A DNA stretch of 64,000 bases from Marsupella aquatica (lineage: Eukaryota > Plantae > Marchantiophyta), in contig OZ316898.1 in assembly GCA_973895155.1 (NCBI GenBank), positions 8,977,079 through 9,041,078 on the forward strand. Reading direction: 5' to 3'. Positions 36,672 through 49,225 of the stretch are shown here, one piece after another. Numbering within the stretch: the first letter of the stretch is position 1; the number at the start of each line of letters is the position of its first letter. The notes below the pieces were generated by a model. That model had not been told where the DNA came from. It saw only the letters and a list, made by a program, of their open reading frames with translations, and searched no databases. Made by a program: the position numbers and the translations under genes.

Positions 36672-39600
36672 TCAGATTATCCGATGTCTCTTGCCTGGCT
36701 GTCCCTGGTAGCTGTCCCATGTTCCTTGCAACATCTGTTGCCTACCGGCAGACACCGGCAGCGACACATTGTCGTTGTGGGGACTGAAGCTCTGCAAAAA
36801 CAGGACAAGTAAGGCCCTGTGCAGGTTTTCATGGGGTGGACAACAAACATAGAACAAATTGCGATGAACATCATAGAGGTGAAACAAGAGCGCTCCGTAA
36901 TGTTCACATTTGGTAGTTCCGGTATCCGGCTCAAAAGCTCAAGGAAAGAAGCGCACAATGAAAGTACTAGTTTCCTTATCCTATAGTTCTACTGACGACG
37001 AGACGCCAAGTTCTTTAGACACTGTACCTGAGGGTTGGTGAACGCCGATTGGTTTACCAGAGTTTCGCCCTTCATTTGGGTTTGAAAGTCATTTTCATAG
37101 GCCTCCTGGAGAAGCTTCACCCTGGGAAAAGAGTTTAAACTAGTCATAAAACAATCTGTAGCGATTTGATCAAGAATTAGTCCGATAGCTCGTCAGCACA
37201 TGGTTTCCGGAAAAAGAGAAAATAGGATCCAATCTGGTATCCATGCAGGCAAACGCAGTGTTCATGATTCTTTCAAAGTCGGTTGCTCATGTTGCTTCGC
37301 AACCCTGCACTGCTCATGATCAATTTTTCACATGTTAATCCAGTCAAGAGAGGGAAACATTTACTCTTCGATCTTCTGTTCGAGGCTCTGCAAGGCTCTT
37401 TGCTGATCCTTGAGGAGATTGCCCAACTTCTGCTCCTGGCCTGACGTCCATAACGGAGCAACTATTGAGAAAAGTTCTCAATAACTTGAAGATAACTAAT
37501 TAACTACGTCAACGCTTTGAAGATACCAGGGTTGAATCTAGCGTGTTGCCATCCTATCGTGGTTTTCGTATCCGAAGAGAACCAAAATGGCTGTGGGATT
37601 CTGCAGTAGAAGAGGGCAAGTCAAAATGCTGTGCCCGTCGAGAAGTTTTGAAATTTGAAGGCCTCTCCGATGAAATGAAACGAAGTAGCTTGGCTTAGGA
37701 CGGCATCATTATGGTTTCTTCAAATTGCGTGGGCATGCCAAAAAATTAGGATATAGAATGAGTCGCAGTTGGTTCGTACTCAGAAGAAGAGGTAACTCTT
37801 GCTGGAGTGTGACAATTCCGTCTTCCAAATTTCTCTTCTCTTCGCTGAACAAGTCAAAATCTTCTTCCAGCCTACAGATGTTAGAGATCATGTTAGTTCA
37901 AATGGCTCACAGCCTTTCAGAGACCTATTTTGTTCAAAAGCTTTCATCAAGACTCAAAGAGCTTACCGAGAAATTTCCTGACATCCTTGCACATTGGCCA
38001 GGGCATCATTTAGACCATCTATCCTTCGTAACAGGTGTTTCTTCTGTGAATTTTCGGCGTTCATTTCACTCTGCAATTCTGTTCCACATATGAGTCAATA
38101 TATAGCGAATGACAAATCTCTGCATGATAACTTCTCCGACCTCCGATTATCAGTCAGGATATTTTCTTTTAGGACCATCACGTTTAACGTTTTTGAATGC
38201 CTGCTACACTTCATTTGATTTCTCTTCAAGCAATTCTTCGGATCATCGAATTATGATTGCGCCAGTTCGTTTGATTTCTCTAAGGGAATTGAAGCTACCT
38301 TGAAGCATCGATCGTACCTGCATTGACATGTTGCAATTGTCGGAATCGTTCCATCTTATTTCGAGAGAGTGCCTGCTGATCAGCAAATTGAACAGATTTG
38401 ATGTCCCTCTTGGGAGTTTCACCCTCAGAAAGATGGGTAGATTTTCGTAACGTTAGAGCAAAGTCATTCACTGCTCCTTGGCCCATTTCTCGTTCCTGTT
38501 GGAATGATTTGCATGAGGCAATAAAAGCCTGCCTTCAAGCATGTTAGGTTAGTTAGTCAGACAAATAAATTGATTTCTTCTCCACTTAGATCCAATGTCC
38601 GTCCAACGCTTAATCCTCTTGTTAGCGGTAAGATCAGTGGGGATCAGTGGACAGATGGTTCAAGTTTTAGTCTATTCTAGAATGTGCACGGCCAGTGAGT
38701 CTCCAAAAGTACTAGTAGAGCTGCAAAATGATTTGCACAATTCATGCAAATGTGTGTTCCTCAACACGGGGCTTTGAACTATTTCGAATCATCTGTAAAG
38801 AAGGCTATGAATATCTTTCTCCATCTTCTTACTGAAGACGACGTAGCATTACTGGCGAAGATTTTGCATAATTATGGTTATACGTGTCCTTGTTGGCAGA
38901 CTCTTCATCAATATCTGAAGTACAAGCTGACGAGCTGCTGATGCTCGGAGGTGCCAATGGCCAACCAACCTATAACAGCCATTTTGAAAACAAACCAAAA
39001 GGCGTTCTCGGGATCGAAAACGCAGGCTCAACCAAACCAGTGGATTTCCATGTTAAGCAGGAAATCTCACGAGTAGTACGCACGCAGTGAAATCGAGGCC
39101 TGACATCAGTCAATCACTTCACAACTGTGCCGATCGTCAGCAGTTCGGTATCTCATGAAATTTAGAGTATATCACCTGTAACAGCCATTCGCTATCCGGT
39201 TCTCTCAAGAGATAGTCGAAGGCGGATACGGTCACGTGAGGAGAACATCTAAGTCTGATGAAGAGCCTTCAGTATCGCAAACAGCTTAGAGGATTGTCCA
39301 TCCACATAGTACTAAGTCAGGAAGGCTTCGATGCTCGCTGTCATAGCTAGTTGGATATTTATGAACATTGCGGAGAAAAGACTTTCGGCCATACCTGTCG
39401 TTCTCTATCTCGAAGCAAAAATCAGACTTCTGATTTTCGACAAGTCGGAGCTTCTCTTCTAGTTGTGCGAAATTCTCCTTCGCCGCATCTGTCAGTTGCA
39501 AGATCGGAACCATTATTTTCAATATCTAAATGATGCTGTACGTAGAGCGAAAACATTTCATTCCATTGGACCGTGCCTAAGTCAAATGAAAGCGCTTCCT

Positions 39601-41778
39601 GCAGGGGCTCCTTGAACACACTGCGGACACAGACTACCACTAATTTCAAAGTGATATGCAGTCAACTTAGAATATATTGTCACCATGTATCAAGCACAGC
39701 AAAAAAGGAGTGCTGGCTATCAATCCAGCTGCTCACTGGACTTGAACTCCGTATAACTTTTCATCAAGAAGAAAGTTTGGTTCAATCACTTTCTATTGCC
39801 TGCTTGCGTTCAAGAAAAACTACCATGAGCAACTCATGCTATTACTTGGCAATGATTTGATTCTTTCAATTGAGATGACTGTGTAACGCAGGAATGGAGG
39901 AAGTCTGAAACCCCTTTCGCTTTTAGAGTATCATCCTCGTGTCCAAAAGGCAACAGAGGAAGCCTGAAACCCTTCGCTTTTAGAGTATCGTCCTTGTGTC
40001 CTGAAGGCAGTTATAGAAAGGAAGGCTCCCGGCGGATGTTATTGCTTTCTTGTCTACAATTGGGAAAGGAAAGGAAAAAAAAGGTAGTCTTGTCACTCGG
40101 GAGCTTCCGTTGCCGGGACTCGAACCCGGGTCGCTCGGGTGAGAGCCGAGTATCCTAACCATCTAGACTACAACGGAGATGTCGTATTTGCGGCAAAAGA
40201 GCAACTTAACAATTTTTCATTAATGGCGGGAGTGAGGGTAACGACGTAGGAAATGGATCGGAGTGCACGATTGGAAAGTCATGTTGATTGGTAAGAGTTT
40301 CAAGTTTGAGAACTGAAATCGTTACCGAGACAACACTGAAATTGATAGCGCCATGCTCCCCGTATCACTAAGAGACATCCGAAAACTTTACAACAAGGTG
40401 ACAACACCAAACTGCAGATTAAATAGTCCAATGCAATTGCCATTGCTGTGCCCAGGAAAAATTCCTTCTCCAGAGTACCAGAAGTTCTTCTCATCGACGG
40501 ACAACGAAAGAGTTTTTACCAGTCACTGCCAGCAGATCCGACTTTTGATTTTCCCTTCGAATTAGGATCTGCTTCCATTTCTCGGCATAAGTTCGTGCTG
40601 CGTGCTCCTTCTCCGCGCTTTGCACAATTGCTAACTCGACTGCTCTTGTGTTCCTTATTATCGCTTCTATCTCCTCGTTGATCTGTTACAAACCAGGTGC
40701 AAGAAATCAGTGTCTCCGAAGGTGGGAAAAAACACATGTAGCTTTGATGAGCGCGTTATTGAAATTGGAGAAGGATCAAACAGGATGTCGTTGGCGTTCA
40801 TTGCGCGACTTCGAAGCTGCGAGAATGAATTCTTCTTGGACAAGTAATTACCATACAGAGTTCGAGCTTAATCTGAAAAGCTTCAACCATGCAAACGAAA
40901 AACCTTTAGAGTTTATACAAAATAATAAGATCTCACCATGAATGGATCTTTCTCCCGAGTGATAAACAACTGAGAGTTATGAGATTCCGACTGAGTTAAA
41001 TGGTGTCACCAAAAACTTCAAAATCACTCTGGCGTGCTACTCTTCTCGAACGCCGCTTTAATGTAGGTTTTATGAGATCTTGCTTCTCTCGATCATGATA
41101 CCTCAGGTAATGCCACGATCTGAACCTTCGTACATGGTTATCTTTGTACTCTAGAAGTCCTAAACCAAGCCGGCATTAATAAGCAACCTGTTGCACCAGT
41201 AAGTTGAAGTGCTGCGCGCCAGGAATGGCTAATTTTCGAGTGTTAACGAGTTTGAAAACAAGAAGAAGAAAAAAGGAACGTGACTGTTCTATACCTGATC
41301 GATGTTATGCTTGCAATCGGAAATATGCTGCAAGAACGATTGACCTTTTGCCCTAGTTGCACTACTGCCAGGAATGGCTTTAATTTCCAAGTGCGAACGA
41401 GTTCCAAAACAGGAAGAAGAAAAAAAATCATGACTGTACCGTACCGGATCGATATAATGCTTGAGGTTGAAATTTTGCTGCAAGAACGAACGACCTGTTG
41501 CACTAGTTGCACTGCTTCCAGGAATGGCTTTAATTTTGGAGTGCGAACGAGTTGCAAAGGAAGAAAAAATGGAACATGACTGTTCTGTACCTGTTCGACA
41601 TTATGCTTGAGGTCGAAATTTTGCTACAAGAACGAATGACCTGTTGCACTAGTTGCTCTCTTGCCACGCGAGGAATGGCTTTAAATTCTCAAGTGCGAAC
41701 GAGTTCCAAAAACAGGAAGCAAAATGGAACATGACTGTAATGTACCTGATCGACATTATGCTTGAGATCGGATATTTG
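36672..41778 (-). CDS. Multi-exon coiled-coil protein gene (unknown family; 5' end unresolved)
   Basis: Phase-compatible GT-AG exons: 33-nt micro-exon(s) 41778-41746 etc., 40872-40852 (IKLELCM), 40682-40520, 39488-39395, an uncertain linker (38934-38884 plus ~38720-38690, or 39248-39176), 38372-38318, 38078-37967, 37871-37780, 37461-37365, 37121-37028, 36791-36672 (stop). The joined peptide QISDLKHNVDQIKLELCMINEEIEAII... keeps a 3-4 heptad across junctions. Confidence 0.7.
40105..40177 (-). tRNA. tRNA-Glu (anticodon CUC), plant cytosolic type
   Basis: TCCGTTGTAGTCTAGATGGTTAGGATACTCGGCTCTCACCCGAGCGACCCGGGTTCGAGTCCCGGCAACGGAA forms a full cloverleaf with A and B boxes. T8 Pol III terminator about 22 nt downstream (40075-40082). 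Confidence 0.97.
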
Positions 41779-42070
41779 CTGCAAGAATGAGCGGCTGTGC
41801 GAATCCATTATAATGCACAATAATAGGAGCGCGAATTTTCTACTCTCCTTGGTTTTTCTTCCTTCAGCAAGACTAGAGTTGTAGGTAATGTGGCCAAATC
41901 AGGGTGACTCCAGGTCGGAAATTTGCCGCAAGAACGAACGGCTGTGCGAATCCATAGTAATGCAGAATAATAGGAGCGAGCATTTCTTACTCTTGGTTTT
42001 TCTTCCTTCAGCTAGACTAGAGTTCTTGGTAATGTGGCCAAACCAGGGGGACTGCAGGTGCGGATCAGGG
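41215..42070. repeat. ~150-bp tandem array (4 units, each an intron plus 33-nt exon cassette) followed by two ~145-bp units
   Basis: AGGAATGGCT at ~41221, 41370, 41520 and 41671. Second-type units GGCTGTGCGAATCCAT... at ~41792 and ~41940. Confidence 0.9.
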
Positions 42071-42609
42071 GTGAGTTGAGAGTAGTCTCTCAGTTGAACT
42101 ACTCAGGATTCGAGCAGGGGCTGAAACTGACAGAAGGGCTTCGGGATGTGCTTTGCTCTAAGTCGCCTGCAGTTCTGCTGGAGGAGAATGGGATCACTTT
42201 GAGTTCACAGCACAACACTGCCCCTCAACCGAAGTTCCATAAATCAATCAATCAACTGAAGTTCCATGAATCAATCAATCAACTGAAGTTCTATGAATCA
42301 ATCAAAGTAGAGGATAAAGGAGGTCTGGTGTGGGGTTACTAGCCCTAAACCCTCTCCACAAAGTGAAGAAAAACAGATTATGGGAATAACAAATGCCTCC
42401 TATGGGAATAGCAAATGCCTCCCTAAAATGTTTACATGCAGGTAACCTGCTTTCCGGACAGAAATACTGGAGGTGCACAAATTTAAGGTTAATTTTGGGG
42501 GGGCCTTAACAGAAGTGACCATATTTCTTTTTCACTTTGTTCTGTAATTTTAAGTTGCTTGTTTCTTGGGAGCTGTGGTCATCTTTCATTTCACATTAGT
42601 TTTAATCTA

Positions 42610-43185
42610 CCTGTCCCTATAAAAGCCCCATTCCATGCCTCATTACTTCTCATTCCTGCCTGTCCCTGTAAAAGCCCCATTCCATACCTCACTACTTCTC
42701 ACTCCTGCCTGTCCCTATAAAAGCCTCACTCCATGTCTCACTACTCCACATTTCTCTCCTGTGGTGAACAGTGTACTCACCATAAAAGGTGGAGCACTCA
42801 CTACCTTTTGTGGAGCTCAAGTCCATTCCTGTAAAAATGAAACTCTGCACTTTATAATGAGTGCAGAGCTACAGGTAACCCTAACTCTTTATAGGTGTAC
42901 TTGTGATTTCAAAGGTTACTTGTTTCTTGGGCTTAACACCGCTGCTTATTTTTCATTCTACCTTGTTCTTGAAGGTATAATTCTACTGTCCCCATGATTT
43001 CTGAAAGTTATTTGTTTTTTGGGCTTAACAGTGATTATCTTTCATTTCCCCTTGTTCTTTGACATATAATTTTAATGTCCCCAGGATTCCTTAAGGTTAC
43101 TTGGTTTTTGGGTTTAACAGCAGTGATAATCTTTCATTTCAATTTGTTCTTTAACATATAATTCCACTGTCCCCATGATTTCTGG
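42610..43185. repeat. Short tandem repeats (49-bp x3; ~90-bp x3)
   Basis: CCTGTCCCT(A/G)TAAAAGCC at 42610, 42659 and 42708. GTTA(C/T)TTG..TT.TTGGG.TTAACA at ~42915, 43007 and 43097. Confidence 0.75.
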
Positions 43186-44692
43186 CGATGAATTCTCCGC
43201 AAACAAACCAGCTGCTTCACTCGGAAGCCTACAGCAGGACGAGTCGAAAGAGAGTGATTCGATTCCACTGACGTTGATTGCTGGTTTCATGTAATCAAGC
43301 ATATAAATCTCAGGTGGGCAGTGAAGCCAGAGTCGATTGTCATGGATTTTTGGAATGTTCGGTAGCTGAAATGTGTCCAGGGAGCTCAGAAATCTTCCCC
43401 AGTGTAGGGTTTAGGGTGGCTGGATAATTGTTTTGCAAAGTACAAACAAAACATCCTAGGAGGCCCTTAAAGACTCAGACTGATATGTGGGATCGAGTAG
43501 GATTAAGAAGAACCTGGCTAGGGCGTCTACCCATCTGCCCAGAGCATTCTACCAGATAATTGCACTGTAAAGTACACACAAAATTCATAGGAGGGCCTTG
43601 AACTTTTGAAATGTTATGCGAGGTAGAATAGAAATACCACGGCACATCAGAGATTATATCCCGTAGGTGTATACTTTCGTTCACTAAATCTAAATCCTCT
43701 TTGGTCATGGACCTGGTAAAGTGACATCTTTATACAATTGGAAGTATGCGAAGTATGCAAGTTTTAGGAGAAGGTTATGCAAGCACCCAATCATGTCCAT
43801 AGTTTTTTCATTTATCAATTTCTGGCCTTCCTGTGTAGAATGACACAAAGACGAGAGGGACATCAAGAACTAGAAGGTAGGAAATGAAGAAGCTTCCAGA
43901 AGAACAGATGCTACATATGGCCTTGCAAAAACACTTCCAAAACAACATAATGCTCTTTAGATGTGGAGAATTTTAGGTGGAGCTTGTCTCGGTCAGCGTT
44001 TGTACTTCCGTGGTACTCACCCGTCCTGCTACTGAACACTTTACAATGTGGGAAAGCAAGAGTGGCACAGGTTACAATCTCTTCGCGACATCCTTTCTTT
44101 CAGTTGTTAGTCGTGACATCCATAAGTGGAGATCTGCATCGACTTTAACCAATTGATTTGATTTCTAATTCCTGCACTTGCAAGACATCCCAACAGTCCA
44201 AAGATCGTCTGATTGATCACCCTGACGTGTGCTTCCAGACCGAGGGGGTATTTGCCCATGTTGAGGGCTCCCAGCACAGAATAATTGCAATGCTTACTCA
44301 TACATGATTTCCCATCGTTTCTATCGGTGGGCAAGCTAGACCAGTGGTTCACTAGGATTGAACACTTCGAGGCCACTATTAACAAGTTCATCGGCCAATC
44401 ATTACATCAAGGCCTCCCTAGTCTCCTTCATCGTTGGATCCTCGCGACGACAAGAAGTTTCTAGCCAAACCAGACCTAAAGCTGTAACCTACACAGTTGG
44501 ACAGGGAAATCCTTCTCTCGATTCGTTCTCCACTTTTCGTCAAAATCAAGATATTGAACTTGGGATCATGCTCGTGTTTCTTCTTCACATATAGAATGGT
44601 AAGACACTATATGAGATTGTGCTCAGGGTTGAAAGCAGACACTCTTTTGACAGTTCCTCTTTATAAGCTCGAATTGCTAGAACTTATACTCT

Positions 44693-47600
44693 TTAGTGAG
44701 AATTGGTAGAATTGATAGAACATATGAATTGGTAGAACTTGTATCCAGAGGCATCAGCAATTATGTTCCGCAACCCTCCAATGGTGGCAATGATAGCAAG
44801 TAGTGCCCCTATGACGATTAGAAACTGCACAGATTCACGCAACCCTTTAGAATTCTGAACGAAATAGAAAACCTGCACAAATCTACTTGATGAAGGGAAA
44901 CCCTCAGTATTGACATTGTAATGTGACTTTTTGTTAGAGAGAACAGGAGGCTGAATTAGCCGGATTTCTCAAGTACCACTTACCCAATTTAAGAACCAAG
45001 AAATACTGTAAACCGGTGGCTTCTTAATAGCGAGCCATATAATGCATGGTAACTGCGCACAACAGTTCAAGACAGTCAGTAAAACCCGTTTTCAGGCATG
45101 ATTTCCATATAGACAGAAGTTAGACATGACATTAACCTTTCCTTCAGGGATCAAATAAAAAGCACACAAACTATATCCAGAAACCAGTACGGCCAATGAA
45201 TTGGAATTGCAAGAAAAGTTGCTCATCAACACTTACAAAATATGTTGTAGGAGCAAAAGCAAAGCCTCCCAAAAGTCCGAGTAGATCGTGGAAGAAAGGA
45301 AACGTACAAGCTATAAACGCCGTGAACACTGAAAAACAAACACATACATGAGGAACCAGAAACTTCCTATAATTTTGTTTTGAGAAAGCAAACTCTGCTG
45401 TCCGCAAACCAAGATATAGAACACAAGTGATCCAACGACTAAAGCTCAGCAAGCATCAAAATTGACAAAGAAGCTTTCAATTACTTACGAACATAAGAAC
45501 TTCGAGTCACGACTCGTAACATTGAAAGAGGTCCCGGTCTTGGGAAGCGAAACTTCTTCACCAAAATAGTCTCCATCATATCGAACACAGGCATTGCATA
45601 CACCTGCATGCAACATTCACGGAATTCCCCAGGTCCAGAATCAGCAGACAACTTGCGAGTTTGTTAAGATCGCCCTAGTTCTCAATCAAACACAACATGT
45701 GGGGTTATCAGAGGTGGACAGATTTTCACTGTTAATACAAATGAACTCGCTGACTCTCCGAAATTCAACATTTATTCTAGAGTGTCGGCCAAGAGCGAGC
45801 CACATGTACCTGGTAACTCCCTGTAACATGAATAACCACCATCAGATTTGCAGCGGCGATTAGCCCCATTGGTGTACCCAATTGAAGCAGAATATTTCCA
45901 CTGCCTGGATTTCCTTTGCTTGATTTCCCCAAAGTCTGCGAGAGTGAGTTTCCAAATGCCCAGTAACCAGCGAATGCCACCGGGAAGTAGCAGAATGCAA
46001 CGAGGATGTACGCTACCACTACACCCCGCCACATTAGAACTTTGGACGGTTTCTTTTGGGTAGATGGAAGCGTGGCCTGAATCTCGAGCACCACATTGTG
46101 ACCTGCATAAGCAAAAGCTACAGTTCCTAGCGCGTTGCACGCTCCAAAAACTAGGTCTAGAGTTGAAGTGTCGGGAAGATGGTAGTCGTCGTACCGAACC
46201 GGAGTCGGGGACAGGGACGGTGTCTGAAGATCGCGATTTGAATGATTCGCATTGCCCCGGTGAATAGAGTCAGCCCAAGCGATTGTGCAATAGCTACACA
46301 CCGAGCAACACATATTACATTTTGTTTCGAGGAAGACACTTGGTCAAGTCACATCGAAATGTCGTCCTTCACGGGACAATTATCTTATTTGCAGTTGTGC
46401 ATAGAGTCTTTGTGGCTGAGAAAGCTTATCTTCGTTTAAAGAAACTGAAATTCTCATTTTGGGATCTCAATGTCAAGAATAAATGAAACTGAATTTCTCA
46501 TTCTGGGATCTCAATGTCAAGAATAAATGAAACTGAATTTCTCATTCTGGGATCTCAATGTCAAGAAACCAATTGTTCGGCCTTGTATAGATTTTGTTGG
46601 GCTCATGAGCAACACCAGTAGGTTCAGATGAACTACTACCCTGGCCATAGAGACTGGTAAATCTTTGCAGTAGTCAATGCTGATGTTTAGCACACAAGGA
46701 CAACAACACCTCAAGGACACAAAGTAATCAACGAAACAACGAAGGCTAGTTACCAGAGGGACATGACAGAAGCGGCCATGGAGATGCTTGCAATAGAGTT
46801 AAAATTCCCGAGCTGGGCAAGGAAAAACTGCGGCGCGGCAAAGATGACCATGAATGCCGTTCTCCCAACTCCTTTACAGCATTGGTCTCCCGGGTCCACT
46901 GCAGGCAAGTGGGAACACGCGAGCAGCTTGTAGAACTGCCACAGAGACTGTCCACCTGCGACCATGTACACGATGTCCCCCCCAACTTCCACGACGAGCT
47001 GTTGTGGCACTACAATCCACAGCCCCAGTTTCTCCCCAAAAGCCTGCTGCCCAAGCTCGTGGTACCGATCAAACCTTTTTCCAGGCACCATCTCGTGCAT
47101 CTGTATCATTTGCCATAATGTGTACAGGGTGATTACCCACGACAACACCAGGACGACTGTTCCAGCGCCCCTATATACAGACACTCAATGTACAACAAAA
47201 TGTCAGCTTGCATTGACTAGGTGGACCGAGGATTTTCCAATTTTTATTCAGAACTCTTCCCATCTCTAACAAAGGCACAGATCTAGTCACTCACCAGCCA
47301 AGATATGCCATGGTCGTTGGAAGGCCCAGCACACCGGCTCCCACCATGGCAGTGACATTGTGGTAGGTTGAATACCACCATTTGCCGTTCCGGGATCCAA
47401 TGACAGGCAGCCTGTCGTCATCTGGGTCGTACTCAACCGAATCGTCTGTATCCTGCCCAAGTCCACATTGAAGAGCAGAATCTCAGCATCGGAAATTCGC
47501 AAATCCTCTGCAAATCTTTACTGTGAGTTCACGTTATCTCCACCTTGACTCTCAATTGCCCAAGTCCAAGTTTCCGGTAGAATTTGACATCATATTTCAG

Positions 47601-48114
47601 AACTTGAACCTTCTCATTCGAAAGCGGGCACCTAACTTACAAGATTCGATTCATTGCACCAAAAAGTCACAACCCGAAACAGTTCGGGGTCTTAAGTCTT
47701 AGTTTCCCGGTAAAATTCACATCCTCAATCAGAAATTAAAGCTTCTCACTCGAAAGCAGGCACCTATGAAGATTCGATCCACCACGCCTAAACATTACAA
47801 TCCGGAAGTCTTAAGAGAATCTCCAAGAAGGTCTTGTGTTACGCTTGTGAATCTTTGCTAGCTTCGCAAAAGTGAGTAAGACACCTAACTTTTTCAACAG
47901 CTAAGAAGGGGGACAGAATCCCACACAGGTGTACTTCACACCTGTATTGAACTAGACAATTCAACAACTTACTACAGCAGATGAAGCGGAAGAATTAAAA
48001 AAACCACAACGAACAAGACTAAACAGCTCGTACCTCGTCAACTCTAGCGAACTTGCCCAGCGAGCGTGCCTCTGACAGTTCTATATCGCCAATATATTCT
48101 TGGCGCCACGACAT
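44693..48114 (-). CDS. LHT: Lysine/histidine transporter (LHT, AAAP family), diverged tandem copy, 8 exons
   Basis: Exons 48114-48034, 47452-47295, 47170-46754, 46293-45810, 45603-45489, 45328-45237, 45052-44984, 44824-44693. Motifs [73 protein letters not shown]. Confidence 0.92.
46441..46568. repeat. ~43-bp tandem repeat x3 in an LHT intron
   Basis: GAAACTGAA(A/T)TTCTCATT(T/C)TGGGATCTCAATGTCAAGAA repeated three times. Confidence 0.85.
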
Positions 48115-49080
48115 GATGCTGCAACTATGGAGCCCTTCACAGCAACCTCACATCTTCCGCTCGTACGTAACTACAGAGGAGGACCCGCATGACACGCACC
48201 GACGACAACAGTAGCAAGGGCTCAGCTATCCCCAAAACACTGAACAAGGCAGAACAACAATTCAACTCTCTGCCTACTGATAAATAAATTGCACAAATCG
48301 CGCAGCCTGATGACAAAAACACACACTCTCGCAAAATCACCTCTCCTCAGTGATGAATGTTCCGCAGCAGCGCTGGTCAATAGACTTTCTCACAACCGAT
48401 CCCACTTTTGCTTTCGAGACGACCGAAGGCTGTTGTGGGCGGCAGTTGGTCAATCCGCGCTTGCGTACCTTCCAGGTTACGCACAGAGGAAGAAAGAGTG
48501 TAGCACGATTCTTCGGTATCCACAAGTTTCGAGCTCGCTTCGTGAGGGTGAGTGGAGACATTCTACTGAATCTGTCTTCCGAAGCACAACGCGAAGGGGC
48601 AACTTCAGCACCTTCTGACTGCTTTTGTTTACAGTATTCTAAAGCTTTTTGTACGACAGTTTTCTTCGTGTCCACTCTGCCTTGGGGGCAGGCCTACTGG
48701 AGTTTCTCGTGTACGGTGTTGTCCAGAAATTATCGTGATTCCTGTGATTTTTAGTGGTGGGTTTTCTTCACCTCTTCCATCGCGTAATCATCGTTTCCTT
48801 TCGCCTCGAATTTGTTCACGAAATCGTTGTCAGATTCAACGAGAAGCGTCCCATTTCAAAACTTCGAACGAAGTTCGCTGCGTAAAATGTGCTGTCCTGA
48901 TGAATACAGAATTTGAATCCAGGATGGACCTCCATGTTTGAATTAAGGGGTTTCGACAGATATGTGCAACCCTCATAACCCATAGCAAACTCTTTTCTGC
49001 TCATATAGTACAGCTTTGCAGAGAATTGTGACAAAAACGATTGTAGGTCTCTCAATATTCAGTGAAATTTGACTCTAATA

Positions 49081-49225
49081 GGGCGTGTCAAAGCACAATG
49101 ACATGAAATTTTCTTACAGTTAGGGCAGATTTACTATGGGCTACCAAAATATGTACCCCATAAGGGTGGTAAGTCCAGAAAATAAAAGTCATAACACTTT
49201 GATTATGGAAGACTTTGACATGCCC
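49081..49225. mobile_element. MITE (Tourist-like termini), 145 bp
   Basis: TIRs GGGCGTGTCAAAG / CTTTGACATGCCC, with TAATA on both flanks. Confidence 0.6.
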
